This document shows, one piece after another, positions 1 through 12,885 of a DNA stretch of 64,000 nucleotides. Below the pieces are notes generated by a model. It was not told the origin of the DNA. It made no database searches and saw nothing but the letters and a program-made list of their open reading frames with translations. The stretch comes from Camelus dromedarius (Eukaryota). The stretch lies in contig NC_087447.1 in NCBI RefSeq assembly GCF_036321535.1, positions 39,124,001 through 39,188,000 on the forward strand, read 5' to 3'. The translations under genes and the position numbers were made by a program. Within the stretch, counting starts at the first letter, position 1. Every line of letters begins with the position of its first letter.

Positions 1-2239
1 CAGTAAGGTTGATTAGGAGTACATAATGCTGTTTCCCTGCTTCTAGATATTGCCACCAACTGTAAAATTGTGGAAAATATGAATCAGAGTTTACCTTATT
101 CATTCCTTGTGGATTTTTTCAGTCCACATTTTTTTTAAATCACTGTTCGCCATGGCTTAGGATCATTCTTTCCTCATTGGACATCTCTAGGCTTCCAGAG
201 TGTGCCTTATAGTTAAGAGTTACCAGATAAGTGCCCTTTTAAAGAAATGTTAATGGCTGAAATAGCTTACTTAATAGACCTATCCAGTAAGGAGAAAATG
301 CTCTACATCTCGTTCTACAGAACCTGCTAAATAAGCCTCTCTGCATCTTTCTTTTCCCTTCTTATCAGTTTTCTGTACTATTCTTTTTTACCTTTTGTGT
401 GTCTCTTGGTCTGTGACCATTTTTTCCTATCTGACTTTATCCTGTCTCTCTGATTTGTTCTGTTTCACCCTTCTGCTTCATCTTTTCAGCACAAAAAACT
501 AGCTATAATATCAAATTGAAATTTTAAAGTATCCTCTTCAGTAAGTATATTTTTATTTTTATAATTAAAAACTCAAATGAGATTTTTGTTTTCAAAATAG
601 TTTTACGACAAGTTTTTATGTTCATCTGATATCTGACTGATTTTTAATCATTCAGCAATCCTTAAGGAAGGGTTTCCTTTTCCAGAAGCATTCAGCAAAT
701 AAACTGTGGCATTTGCTAAGAAATTTGAATTAGCCATTGTACAGTTCTTCTCCTTTTATTACTTTTATTTCACTCATTGATCTAACTACCTCCTTATTTA
801 CATATGTATTATATTAAAATTCTCACTATGAGATTTTCAGTTGTTTTGGAAAGAAGTTACAAAGTAACTATGAGGGAAAAATTATAAAATAGCAAAATAA
901 TCTCTAAAATGAGTGTTTATTCTAATGAGCTCTGAGATAGACTCATAATTTTAAAGAGTTTATACCCTTGACATTTTTTGGTGAAGTTGTACTGGAATAC
1001 CTGTGCAATTCAGTGAGGTACAATATTTTCCTAATTCTGGATTCCCTTTGACTTTTGTCTTCGGTGGAGAATGTGAGCATCCATCCTGTTACCTCTCATC
1101 CCTTAGATTTCCATGCACAATTCCCCCCTCACTTTCCTCTATCAAATCCAGCTTGGAAAAGTATACAGAAAGCATACAGGAGTGGGTGTCAGGAAACCTG
1201 AGTTCTAGTTCAGTTTATATAACTTTGTTCAAATTGTTTAACCTTTTTTTTTTTTTTCCGGTGTTTGCAATCTCTAGAATTCAAATCTGACATACTGTTT
1301 TCAAACAAAATACTCCATTCTGAGCATTTTTCAAGATCAGGACTTTATTCTATATAAAGAATATATAAGTTCTCATTGTTCTTTATAATCCTGATGTTTA
1401 CTAGCATTGTGACCTTTGGCAAAGTTACTAAACTTCTGTTTTGTATTCTGTGTATGGTAATTACAATACCCACCTTATAAATTGATTGTAATGATTAAAT
1501 TGTATTGTGAAAATACTTTTAAGTGCTTAGTTCAGGTATTCTGTAAAGCTGTTTATTGAGTTTTCTTATAATTTCAGATGACCGTTATAAAAATAAGTGA
1601 TAAGCCTTACATATGAAAAGGCATAAAGTATATGAATCATATTGATAAAATGTTATTGTGATAACTGCACTGTAAGAAAACATCAGAATGTTTACATACT
1701 TGTAGTTTTGAACAAATATTAAATTTATATTCAGGATCTTTTACTTGGTTAAAGAAATAACATTGTTAGCTGGTCTTACTAGATGCTTTATTAAGCATAT
1801 TAAACTTATAGTAATTAAGAATTGTATTCTAAATGAAATGTCTGAAAGAATCATTCTGTGGAATTCTTTCTGTCTCTTTTGATTCTATATTAATGTTTGG
1901 AAACATGAGGTACCCAGATGGTAGTTAAGTATGTTTACTAAATACAAATAGCACATTATTAAAATACTGTATAGGAGTAACAACTTTAATAGGAGAACCA
2001 AGTGAAAAATATCTAAAAAAATCTAGTGTTTATTTTAATCTGATTTGTGGAATTTTGTATGTCTGGTGTTTTGTAATCCTGTTTAACTCTTAAAAAATGT
2101 CACAATAATATTAGAAAGTATGTAAAATTTTGTGACTATTTATTCTGCATGGAATAGATTTAAAGGTCAACACTACTCTTTTATGTAGGTTATGGGTGCT
2201 ACATGTGTGCTTTCAGAGCAGTAGTGTGAGGAAGCTTGA

Positions 2240-2347
<108 letters not shown>

Positions 2348-3794
2348 TAGGTAGCAAATATGTATTTCATATATCAAAGCTCTGATAAAATTGGTTTTTA
2401 TGACGAACCAAACTGCATTTGGTTGTGGCAAGTCCTGTCAGAGGATGGGGGCTGGTATACAAAATATGGATGTTTACATTTCTCCTTAAGTAGCTTTTAG
2501 AGGAACGTTTTTCCTTCTAATCGTATTTGTATTTGTAATTTTTTCCTTTTAATTATATTTGTATTTGAATTTTTGTTTGTTTCTAAGTCATGTTAAAATC
2601 CTTAGTTGACCCCATGAATAAATGCTATGGTTAATTTAATTGGGAATTCTGGCAAGACAGGTTAATACTTTGTATTTAAAACCCTCTAATGGAAATCTAC
2701 TTTGTGCTATAAATACATTGTGTATGATAATTTATATACTTACGTCAGTCTTTGCCTTTATACATTTTTAACTATGTGAATTTATATTGTATTATCATCT
2801 GAGCTAATGGTAAAATCAGTCTTTCTGTAGTGACTTAACTTGTTCATTTAAAGTTTGATTCATTAAATGAAATTCATTTCGAAAGTTTCAGCTCATTTAT
2901 GTATTTTTAAAGCTTTAATTTTGTGCTGTGTGACTAAATAAGGAACATCTCGCTTAGAACACTTTATGATCTGATAGTTTAAGGTATTAATTGGCAGGTC
3001 ATAAACCTCACATAATACAGGTATGTAAGCATTTTTTCAGAGAGTTGTGCTTTATGAATATTTACTTTTAAACTCTAAGCTAGAAAATATGAGTGACTGG
3101 TACTACTTAAGTCTCCTGACAAGATGGCTCCCTTTATTGTGGACTTTTAATTGGTAAGGTCTAAAATGAAGACATTAAGTTGACTTTATTAATTTGTAAG
3201 TACACACCAGTGGTATGAGTGTTTTATGGTTTATTTGTTCTTTGCTGTGTGTGTCCATGTCTTTCAATTGGCGCTCTAGTTCTTTTTCTCTGTCCTGTTT
3301 ACATGGATAATTATTTTGTCTTTGAGATTAAAGAGATGTTGGTTTTATTTCATTACATGTGGGGCTATATTTATATCTGCTATGTTATATACAATTTTTT
3401 AGATGAATTATATATTATCCTTGCTAGTTCTTAATATTTTTCTACTGATATATGAGACTGCATTGTATATGAAGTAGTGACAAGGTGAAAATAAGGTTTT
3501 ATAAAGTTGTGTGCATGTAACAGGAAAAATTTATAAAAACTAGCAGTACTTTTTCATTGCTGTTTTATTTCAGTAACAGATATCATAGCTCTTGATATGT
3601 ATAACATCAGTAACTTTTTGGTGGACTTTTAGATAGACTGCAGCAGTGTGGGTTGTTTAAGTGAAAAATGTGAAAGAGAAATAGTAAATAAGTATCAGTA
3701 CATTGACTTTTTTAAAGTGGAAAGACCATGAAATCCTTTGTGCTTATTTTAGTCTCATTCATTGAAGATCTGCCCAAGAGAAAACAGCTTACTT

Positions 3795-4295
3795 ACTTAC
3801 TTTATGATGTATTTATTGATTTATTTAAATTTTTGCTTTCAATTTTTTAGTTTTTTAAAAAGTTTATTTTTATTCAATTTTAATGGTTACATTTATAGTT
3901 ATTACAAACTATTGACTATATTCCCTGTGTTGAATAATACATCTTTGAGCCTATCTTAATAGTTTGTACCTCCCACTCCTCATCCCTTTATTTCCCCTCC
4001 CTCAAACCCCACGCTGGTAACCATTAGTTTGTTCTCTATATGTGTGAGTCTGCTTCTTTTATGTTATACTCACTAGTTTGTTGAATTTTTTAGATTCCAT
4101 ATATAAGCAATATAATACAGTATTTATCTTTCTGACTTATTTCACTTAGCATAATGGCTTCCAAGTTCATCCATGTTGCTACAAATGGCAGAATTTTGTT
4201 CTTTTTTATGGCTGAATAGTATTCCACTTGTGTGTGTATTTCTTTATCCATTCATCTGACACTTAGGTTGTTGCCATGTCTTGGCAATTGTAAAT
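3795..4295 (-). mobile_element. 5'-truncated LINE-1 3' end with 14-bp target-site duplication
   Basis: Typical L1 3' sequence (tctgacttatttcacttagcataatg...ccatgttgctacaaatggc) and a T-rich tail on the left; AAAACAGCTTACTT is repeated at 3781-3794 and 4296-4309. Confidence 0.85.
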
Positions 4296-5454
4296 AAAAC
4301 AGCTTACTTTTAGAGACCTCTTACTCCTGTGTATTTATGAGTGTATAATATAGGATACTTTAAGAATATATACAATTTGACTTTTTTTAAATGGTAGTTT
4401 TTGAATTGATAGTAAATTAATTGAGAGGTATTAAAAACTAAACAATCAGCAAGTATTGTTGAGAATGTGTGCTCAGTTTAGGAGAGATTCAGAAGTTTGT
4501 CAGGGTACCATCATGGAATGCTTTAATATCCATGTATGGAACAATTAGAGGACAAAAGGACCCTAAACTGTGGTAATGAGTTGTAGTATAATAAGAGTTC
4601 AAAGAAGAAATCAGCATCAGCTTGAGCAGGTGAAAATGAGACTTGAACTAATCCTTGGATGATTAGGTAGATGGCAGGCATTCCTGCCAGGGACTTTCTG
4701 GAGATTACCTTGACTAGGTCTGAAGGTGGAGCTCTGTAAATAGTATTACTGTCCCTATTTAACAGATGAAAAAAATGAGGTGAATAAACTTGCCCAAGGC
4801 CAACCAATTTGTAAATGGCAGAGCTAGGATTTATAAACAAGTTTCTCATTCTTTTTGTTTTTAAAATTTTGAATAACTTATTGTGGTACATTTTAAATAC
4901 ATATGTAGTAGAGAGAACAGATATAATGAACTCCTATGTACCCATACCCCAGCTTCAAGTTATCAACTCATGGCCTATTTTATTTTATCTATGCTTCTAC
5001 CTACTCTCACCCTTTCTTTTTTCTTGATTCTTGTATATTTTATTAAAGATATTTGAGTAAAAGAAAGCCAAGCTAAACACTGGCATAAGTTAGGGTTTTA
5101 TTTTTCTTATGCATAAAAATGCCTGGTATAGATTTAATGGCTTAAGGTATTAGGGTAATAAATCTTTGATATTCTTGGCTTTTCCTGATTATCACAAAAT
5201 GGCTTACGGTAGTTTTAGCTATCATGTCCACTTTCCACACAAGGAGGAGGAGGAAGAGAGAAGGGGACAGTGGAAAAGTTTTCATTCATATCAGGAAATT
5301 AAATTTCTCAGACATTTCCAGCATGCATCTGCTAATAAATCGTTGGCTAGAACTACATGTCATATGATCATCTCTGGACACAGAGACTGAGAAATACAAG
5401 TGTGTACATTGCCACCTCATACAGAATTGCAGATTTAAATTTACAAAAAGTAAA

Positions 5455-5801
5455 TGCCTCAGTCAGTTCATGCTGCTATAACAGAATAACATAGACTGGG
5501 TGGCTTATAAACAACAGAAATTTATTTTACAGGGTTCTGGAGGCTGGGGAGTCTAAGATCAGGGTTCTGGCCCATTTAGTATCTGGTAAGGGCTTGCTTC
5601 CTGGTTCAAACAACTCTCTTTTTGTTGTGTCCTCACATGATAGAAGGGGCTCAGGATCTCTCCTTTTACAAAGGCATTAGTCCCATTCATGAGGGCAGGC
5701 CCTCATGAGCTAATCACCTCCTCATCTCCAAATACTATTACTTTGGGGAATACATATCAACATATGAATTTAGGGGGAACACAAACATTCAGACCTTAGC
5801 A
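5455..5801. mobile_element. MaLR solo LTR (MLT1A/MST-like)
   Basis: TG...CA termini, MaLR-type text (gctgctataacagaataacatagactgggtggcttataaacaacagaaatttatt), and a perfect 5-bp TSD GTAAA at 5450-5454 and 5802-5806. Confidence 0.85.
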
Positions 5802-6955
5802 GTAAAGAAATAAGCATACTTTATTCAATTTTTGTGGTTATTTTAAAAAGTTGTTTAAATTTGTATTTTGTTTGTTCTATTCACATATTGGTATAGCCTG
5901 CTTTTTAAAATCTTTTTCCTTTGATTTTTTTCCCCTCTACGTACTGGCAAGGGTAAAAATTCTTGAATTATTAAAGTAACAGTAATAATTACTATATATG
6001 TGGGCTTACCATTGAGGCTTGAGGTTTTGGTGGGCATTGCCTTATGGTTTTTCTTCTGTCTAATACAACTTTAAGGTACTTTCTTTTCTGGACTTTCTTT
6101 GAATGTCGATTTGATAGGTATAACACTGATGTAAAAGACAAGATGAAAGCTAATCTGGCTGTGGATGAAATTCAGGGTGCCTATGATTCCTCTGCAAGTG
6201 CTTATAAATGAATTCGATAGTTGAAAAAAAACGGTCTTCTGTTTCTTTCTGAGTAGTAGTTGTATAGTTGATATCTATATTGAGTTTGGTAGCTTGCTGA
6301 GATGTTAAAAATCATTTCAGTTGAAGTGTATTTGGCTTTAATTGAAACAGTTCTTTAACTTACAAATTAGAGGAGTTTTTGCTACTTAAAGAGAAGGAAA
6401 GAGCACCTTTCTGTATAACTAACGTTAAAATGCCTGGAGTGACAATATGCTAAAAGCTCTCGCATATTTGAATTGGGTCGAAAACAACTATTTAAAACTC
6501 AGATCTGCAGTCTGCTCAAGTTACTAAAGATAAATGCATCATACATTCAATATCAGGCTTTGCTGCAAGATTCATGCCCACATGGAAGTACGCATGCTCT
6601 TCTGAGGCTGCATTGAAGATTGAGCTTTCTCATTTCCTTTTAAAGTCACTCCTTAGCCCCAGCAGCAGTTTAGAAATGGAAAAGTTTGGTTGCTTTAAAG
6701 AGTAGTTCTTTAGTGGGTTCTTAAAGTACAGATAATACTTTCTTTTTTGTTTTAAAGAGAAGCCTTACTGCTCAGAATGGGTACACAATAAAATATTGAA
6801 AGGAAAAAAGAAAGTTAGCTGCATCCTAGTTTTCTAAAACCTGGCAGGCTGGCAGAGCTAGAATTAGCTTTACAGATGGCATTTGGCAACATATCTACAT
6901 ATCACTAAGCCCTCATCTCATGAGTTTTCTTCAGCCTGTCTATCAATTACAATGT

Positions 6956-7088
6956 CCAATCACTGCACAGAAATGGAGAAATGGGATGATCATAGCTCAC
7001 ACGATGCTGTTTGGTTAGAAACGTCAGTGCTGCACAACCCACGGCTGAGTCAGTGTCTGTGAGAAAATGAACTGAATTAATATATAGA
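6956..7088 (+). promoter_or_regulatory. Candidate internal promoter for alternative BTBD10 first exon(s)
   Basis: CCAAT 6956-6960, CRE half-site ACGTCA 7021-7026, AP-1 TGAGTCA 7046-7052 and TATA-like TATATAGA 7081-7088, in non-repetitive sequence just upstream of splice donors at 7182 and 7395. Confidence 0.5.
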
Positions 7089-7270
7089 GGGGGTTGTATC
7101 TCTGAACATTTAAAGCCTAGATAACCGCAATAGCATTGTTAACACAGTAGAGGGAGGAAAGCAAAAGGAGTTCTGTGGACAGGTGAGGTAGGGGGACTGG
7201 GAAATTTTCTGATTGTTCAGAGGAATTCTGAAGATGATGGAAATATCAGATGTGCTAAAGTTTCCTAGTA

Positions 7271-7395
7271 ATGCCCAAGGATGCTGACCTGGCTTTCAGT
7301 GCTGCATTGTTTGAAAAAGCAGAGTCCCTTTATACTCTGATTTCAAATTTTTTTTCTTGTTTTTGTGTGTCTACCTTGGCATATACTAAAGTAAG
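7271..7395 (+). CDS. BTBD10: Alternative BTBD10 first coding exon (would give a 483-aa isoform)
   Basis: ATG 7271 opens MPKDADLAFSAALFEKAESLYTLISNFFSCFCVSTLAYTKV, then AG|gtgtgt. The 125 nt end in phase 2, in frame with exon 24179. The total of 483 aa matches the length I recall for a longer human isoform. Confidence 0.7.
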
Positions 7396-8842
7396 GTGTG
7401 TATTCATTTATTACATGATATTGCTGGGTTATGATTCTATACGTATATAAATATGAGAGAGATGTTTGGCCTTTGTTTCATTATGATCATTTGTTTCTGG
7501 ATGTAAAAGATTCTATGTCTTTTCAGTTTAATAGCAAGTTATTTAAAATAAATAGTGCGTTTTTATTGTTCTCATGGGTTTGATGCTATGTTTTTAAATT
7601 TTATTTAAAGTCATTAGTAGAATCTTCATGTAACTTGAGAATGCATTATGTTTGGTATTGTTTCTTATGAATATTATACAAAATTTACTTAAGGAAAGAC
7701 TAATTTTGAAGTAATACTTTTGATATATTTGAAAATAAAACTCAAAGGTAGAGAAATGAAATGAATGAAATAATTTCCTAAAGAAGAAGGTGAATGTATT
7801 TTTACTTTTGGATGAATTGAAGATTAGTTGAACCACTTTGTATGTATTTTACAGAACTGACTGTATTTGAGTGATAAAGTTTTAATTGGTTAAAATGACT
7901 TTTTCTGGTCTTTTAGAACATAGACTCTGAATAGATGATCTAGTTACTGCCACTGAAATAGAGAGCAAGTCAGATAAGTTTTTGGATTATTGCACATTGA
8001 TTTTCAACCAGACACAGTTGCTAAATAAATAATTGTTCTTGCTGTGAGATTTTAAGTCTTGACAGGTGACATGGCTTACTTTATTAGGAAATTTTGGCAC
8101 AATTTTCAATAATTTGACTAATGTTTTTCTTTTGTCTTTATTATTCTTATCCTACTGATCATTTTGTAGAGATTTGGGGAGATATACAACATTTTTAAAT
8201 TATTTTAAGTATTATTAAATATTTCATAACATTCTTTACTTGAAATGTCAGGAAGTTCTTGTGAACCTAATTTAATTTCTAAAAGTTCGAATGGTCATCT
8301 TGGTTATAGTTAGGCTAACTGGTGGTATCTTGTTTTGGTTTTTTTTTTTTGGTGGTTTGGTATCCAGAAATGTTTTTCTAAGTTGTAAAAGCAGAAATCT
8401 CATGGTAGACATTTTTGTCTTTTACTTTATAGAATATTTTTCTCTGGTTTGGCTGATTTTTAAAAAAAATAATGCCTCTGTTATTGTAAAAATGATACAT
8501 ATTCGTTACATAAACTTGATAGATACAGAAAAGCACATAGAAGAAAATAAAGGTTATTCTACCATCAAAAGAAAAATATTTTAAGTATTTTTTCATATAA
8601 CCTTTTTTCCTGTGTATATATAAAAACATAAAATCACATGTATACACTTAAACGATTTTGGGATATTACTGTATGTACTGTTATGTAACCCATCTGTTTT
8701 CTTTTTAATAAAAAGTGAACTCTATTATGAACATTACCTATGTCATGAAGCAGTCTTATGTAGCGTAATTCCTAAGAACTGCATAGTGTTTTATGTATAT
8801 ATATATTTTGTTATTTATTTCATTAATGAGTTTTTCTGATTC

Positions 8843-8904
8843 ATTTTTTTAAAATTAACTAATTAATTATTTTTATTGAGGTATAGTCAGTTTACAATGT
8901 GTCT
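8843..8904 (-). mobile_element. Very short L1 3'-terminal insertion with TSD
   Basis: L1-end text ttttattgaggtatagtcagtttacaatg with T-rich tail; flanks agtttttctgattc (8829-8842) and agtttttctggttc (8905-8918) match at 13 of 14 bases. Confidence 0.6.
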
Positions 8905-9869
8905 AGTTTTTCTGGTTCTTGATCAAAGATCAGCTTGATTCCACGACATAAATTTCTCTGAAAAGGAAGAACGTCTTAGGGAGTTAAGTAAAAGTGTAAT
9001 TTTGATATTTTTGGGGAAAGAAAAAGATCCTTAGTATGATTACACAATGAACTCTTTAAAGATATGCAACTGCTTTTAAAATAAAGCATATAAGATTGTC
9101 AAAATAAATTATAGAAGATAAATCTTTTTAAAAATCGGGGATACAAGAGCTCAAAAAAGCTGAGACTTTAGAAAAAATGCCAAGATCTACCAAAAGTTTT
9201 TTATATTACATTTTAAAAAAAATTATCAAGGGAAGTGTTATAATAATGCTTGGCAATGTGGGAAGAAAAAAATTCCTCAACTCTTATTTAGGAGCTTCTG
9301 TCAGAGAGGAAGAGCAAACCACCACTACCGTCAATAATACTAACAAAGCAAACGTAGCTAGTCAGAACATAAAAACCAGCATGAATACAGAGATAAATAA
9401 TGCATCTAGCTAAATGAATTATCTTCTGGGCCAGTTGAAACATCTTATAGTTAAAAAAGGAACTGCCTGTAAAATCTTAAAATTATTGTGGTCTTTAAAG
9501 GTTTTAGGAGAATACAAGAAATGCTAAAAGATGGGGGAGTCTAGGTTTGATTTTGAAAATGTAGAAGATTTTAGAGCAGAAAATGAAAAGGATAGTTTAT
9601 GACTAACTTGAAGAAAAAAATAAAAGACCCAGAATGGGCTTGCTATAAAAATAGATTGTCAGGACAACTTTGATTTTTCTCTGGTGCATTTGGTAGATCA
9701 GTAGCTATATATATATCTATTTAGACTTAAGCTTAGTTTTTGGTTAAGTCTTTTTTTATATCCTTCTTTATAAGGTGAAGAAAAAATGAGTTAACCATTA
9801 GTTGACTGTGTTAATTTATCAACAAAGTTTTGATTTTGAAGGACCCTATCCAAAGGTTATTGATCTTGA

Positions 9870-10590
9870 AAGATGGCTTTGTTCTTCGCTTTGTCTTACT
9901 GCTTATCTGGAGAATTATCAAAGTTATAGATGACAGTAAAGAAAGAAGGGTAGTAAATAAGATACTATATGATCCAAAATGATCTCTGAGTCTGGATTGT
10001 TGGACTGAATTTAAGGAGTATACATTAGTCCTGAAAAATACTAATATACATTAAGTTAACATGGATTTAGAGCATCACATATGGAAAAGACCTGAGGGTA
10101 GTTGTTAGTGGTAAACTTAATGTAAAACAAAAGTACAATATGGCTGCCATCATCCATCTTCTCCACTACCACTGCCCTTAGAAACTATTGTAATCAGTGG
10201 AAAAGACTAGGGCCACTTCTGCATACCAATGTATTGTCTTTAGTTCTGTGCATATGACTCTGTGCATATGTTCTTCAAAATACACAGTCACATCCAGTGT
10301 TCATTATGTACACTGCTGTAAGCCTGGTCCAAGTCACTTTTGGCTCTCACCTGGATTATTTGTAGTATCTTCCAAAATGGTCACCTGATTCTACCTTTGC
10401 CCTCATTCTTCCGGAATGACTCAGAGGAAGAATGTGAAGAAATTGGAAGCCTTGTCAGCTTAGAGGACTGAAAATTTAGGGGTCTTGGGGGCAGCTCTGG
10501 TAGATGTTAAAGAATCTCACAATAAGAGCTTTTTTTCAAATATGTGAAGAATTATCCTTTGGAAAAGAAATTAGACTTCGTTTGTGTCAG
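9870..10590 (+). mobile_element. Ancient L3/CR1 fragment interrupted by a templated insertion
   Basis: Degenerate CR1-like text (gaaaagacctgagggtagttgttagtggtaaacttaatg...tttttcaaatatgtgaagaattatcc); boundaries approximate. Confidence 0.5.
10269..10413 (+). repeat. 145-bp direct duplicate of 12193-12338
   Basis: Base-by-base comparison shows about 7 substitutions and 1 indel. Confidence 0.93.
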
Positions 10591-10599
10591 ACTTGTTTG

Positions 10600-10990
10600 T
10601 GGTTAAAAGCATGAGCTCTGAAATTGAACTCCTTAGGTCACATCTCAGATCTGCCAGTTAATTAGCTGCATAATTTTAGGCAAATTGCTTAGCCTTTAAG
10701 CTCCCATTTTCTCAGCTGTAAAATGGGGATGGTTTTGAGGATTAAATGAAAGTATGTGTAAAGTGCTCAGTATTGTACCTGGCATATACTAAATGCTCAG
10801 ATGTTAGCATTGTAATTGGTGTTATTTGGTTCTCAACCAGAGGGGTGATTTTGCCCCTTATTGAGCGTTTGGCAATATCTGAGGACATTTTTGGTATTAC
10901 AGCTCAGGAAGGGAGTACTACTTGTGGGTGGAGGCCAGGGATGCTACTAAATGTCCTACAGTGCACAGGATAGCTCTCCACAACAAAGAA
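10600..10990. mobile_element. MIR followed by a MER20-like fragment
   Basis: MIR core (ctgtaaaatggggat...gaggattaaatga), then ggttctcaaccagaggggtgattttgcccc...tttggcaatatctgaggacattttt. Confidence 0.65.
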
Positions 10991-11909
10991 AGCCCCAGCC
11001 CCTGAACTAGTAGGATCAGATTAAAAAGGTTTCATTAAGCTTTAATGTTAAAGAAAAACTGCCTGAGAGTCAGAGCCTTCCAAAGATAGAAAAAAACTGT
11101 TAAAAAAAAAAAAATCATGTTACCCTTCCCTGTCAGCCAGTTCGTGGGAACTTAGTGGGTGAAATGCAAGGATTAAATGGATGTTTGGACTAGATTTTCT
11201 AAAAGGTTTTTCCTAAATTTAGATCCTATATTTCTATGACTATTTCTTAATAGTTAGGCGTAATCCATGACCAACATCCAAGGACATGTGATATAATTTT
11301 TTTAATGTTTAATTTTATCAATCTAATTGCAGTATAGTTTAGATTTTTAATTTTAATTCTTTTAATGCTTAAAATTTTATATGAGGCATGGAACAGGGAA
11401 TTTAATGAAATGAGTTAATTGTGTTTTCAAAAGGCCATTTGGAAGTGAGTAATTGTGGGAGCTTTGTAATTTGTCTTCAGAAACTTGTTTTGTGAAACTG
11501 ATTTGTTAAAATATTCACAATCATTTGATAAATATTTTAAAACTAAATCTTGTATTTGTACTTCTTATCTTCTTTCCATTGTTTTATTTTTCTTTTTTGT
11601 TTCTAATAATAAGTAGAAAAAGATGCTCCAGAGGTTTTAAAAAATAATTGCCCTTTGAAGCATCATTAAAAGTACTTGCGTGTGCATTGTATTATTCTTA
11701 AATCATGAACGTTGCCCAGAACAGTAACTGGCACAAAGTAGTCATTTAGTAAGTATTTGTTGAATGAATGACTCAGAGGAAGATACAGAGTATGCCTGAC
11801 CAACCATTAATTTAAATCTGTGCAATTATTAATAGTGGCTAGCTATATTTTAGAAATCGTTTATAATTTTCTGTGGTTGGAAGTTGCTTGAGAGTACTAA
11901 GTATTTAGA

Positions 11910-12885
11910 GATTTCCAACTCCCGGATTTTTATCTCTAACCTGGATTTTCCCTGAACTTTAGCCTGATGTATCTAACTCCATATTTGAAATCTCCATTTG
12001 GCAGACTAATAAACACACTCTTAACATGTCTAAAAAACATTTGCACTTTGCACATCCAATTGATTACTTCCACTCTCATTCTCATTCAGTAAGTGGAACT
12101 TCCATTCTTTTAGTTGCTCCAGGCCAAAATCATAGTCATCTTTGATTCCTCTCTCTCACCTCCTACATTTAATTTATCAAATTTCAAAGTCTTGTTCTTC
12201 AAAATACGTAGTCACATCCAGTGTTTATTATGTACACTGCTGTAAGCCTGGTCCAACTCACTTTTGGCTCTCACCTGGATTATTTGTAGTAGCTTCCAAA
12301 ATGGTCACTTGATTCTACCTTTGCCCTCTTTTCTTCCGTTGTCCACTTTATCTAACGTAAGTTAAGTTGTGTAATTCATATTTCAGTGGTACCCATTTCA
12401 CTCAGATCAATATCAAAAATGCTTTAGGCATTCTTTCAGGGTCCTCCATAATCTGGTTCTAGTCTTGTCTCTGAGCTCCTCTTTTCCCACTGTCCCTCTT
12501 GTCTCTGTTCCAGCTGTTCTGGCTGTTTTGAATGCCTTAAAAAAGCCACGGATTACTTTTGGCACAGGGTCTTTGCACCTACTCTTACCTCATATATTCC
12601 CATAGGTCTGTTTCTCACTTCCTTAGGTGTTTGCTCAGACATCTCAGAGAGTCTTGACCACTCCATGTGAAATAGAACCTCTCACCTCAAAATGGTGACT
12701 TTCTGTCCTCTTTACCTTGCTTTATTTTTCCCATAGCACTTACCACCATATGATATTTAATATATGTTCTATGTTTTTCTGCATTAGAATGTATTAATTT
12801 TGAGGGCAGGGACTCTCTTGGTTATATTCTCCAGGGCTAGAATAATAAGCAGAATGTATTAGGGGTTCAGTGAATATTTAGTAGA
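11910..12885 (+). mobile_element. L2 LINE fragment (contains the source of the 145-bp duplicate)
   Basis: L2 text (ccaggccaaaatcatagtcatctttgattcctctctctc...ctctcacctggattatt...ttgagggcaggga); boundaries approximate. Confidence 0.7.
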
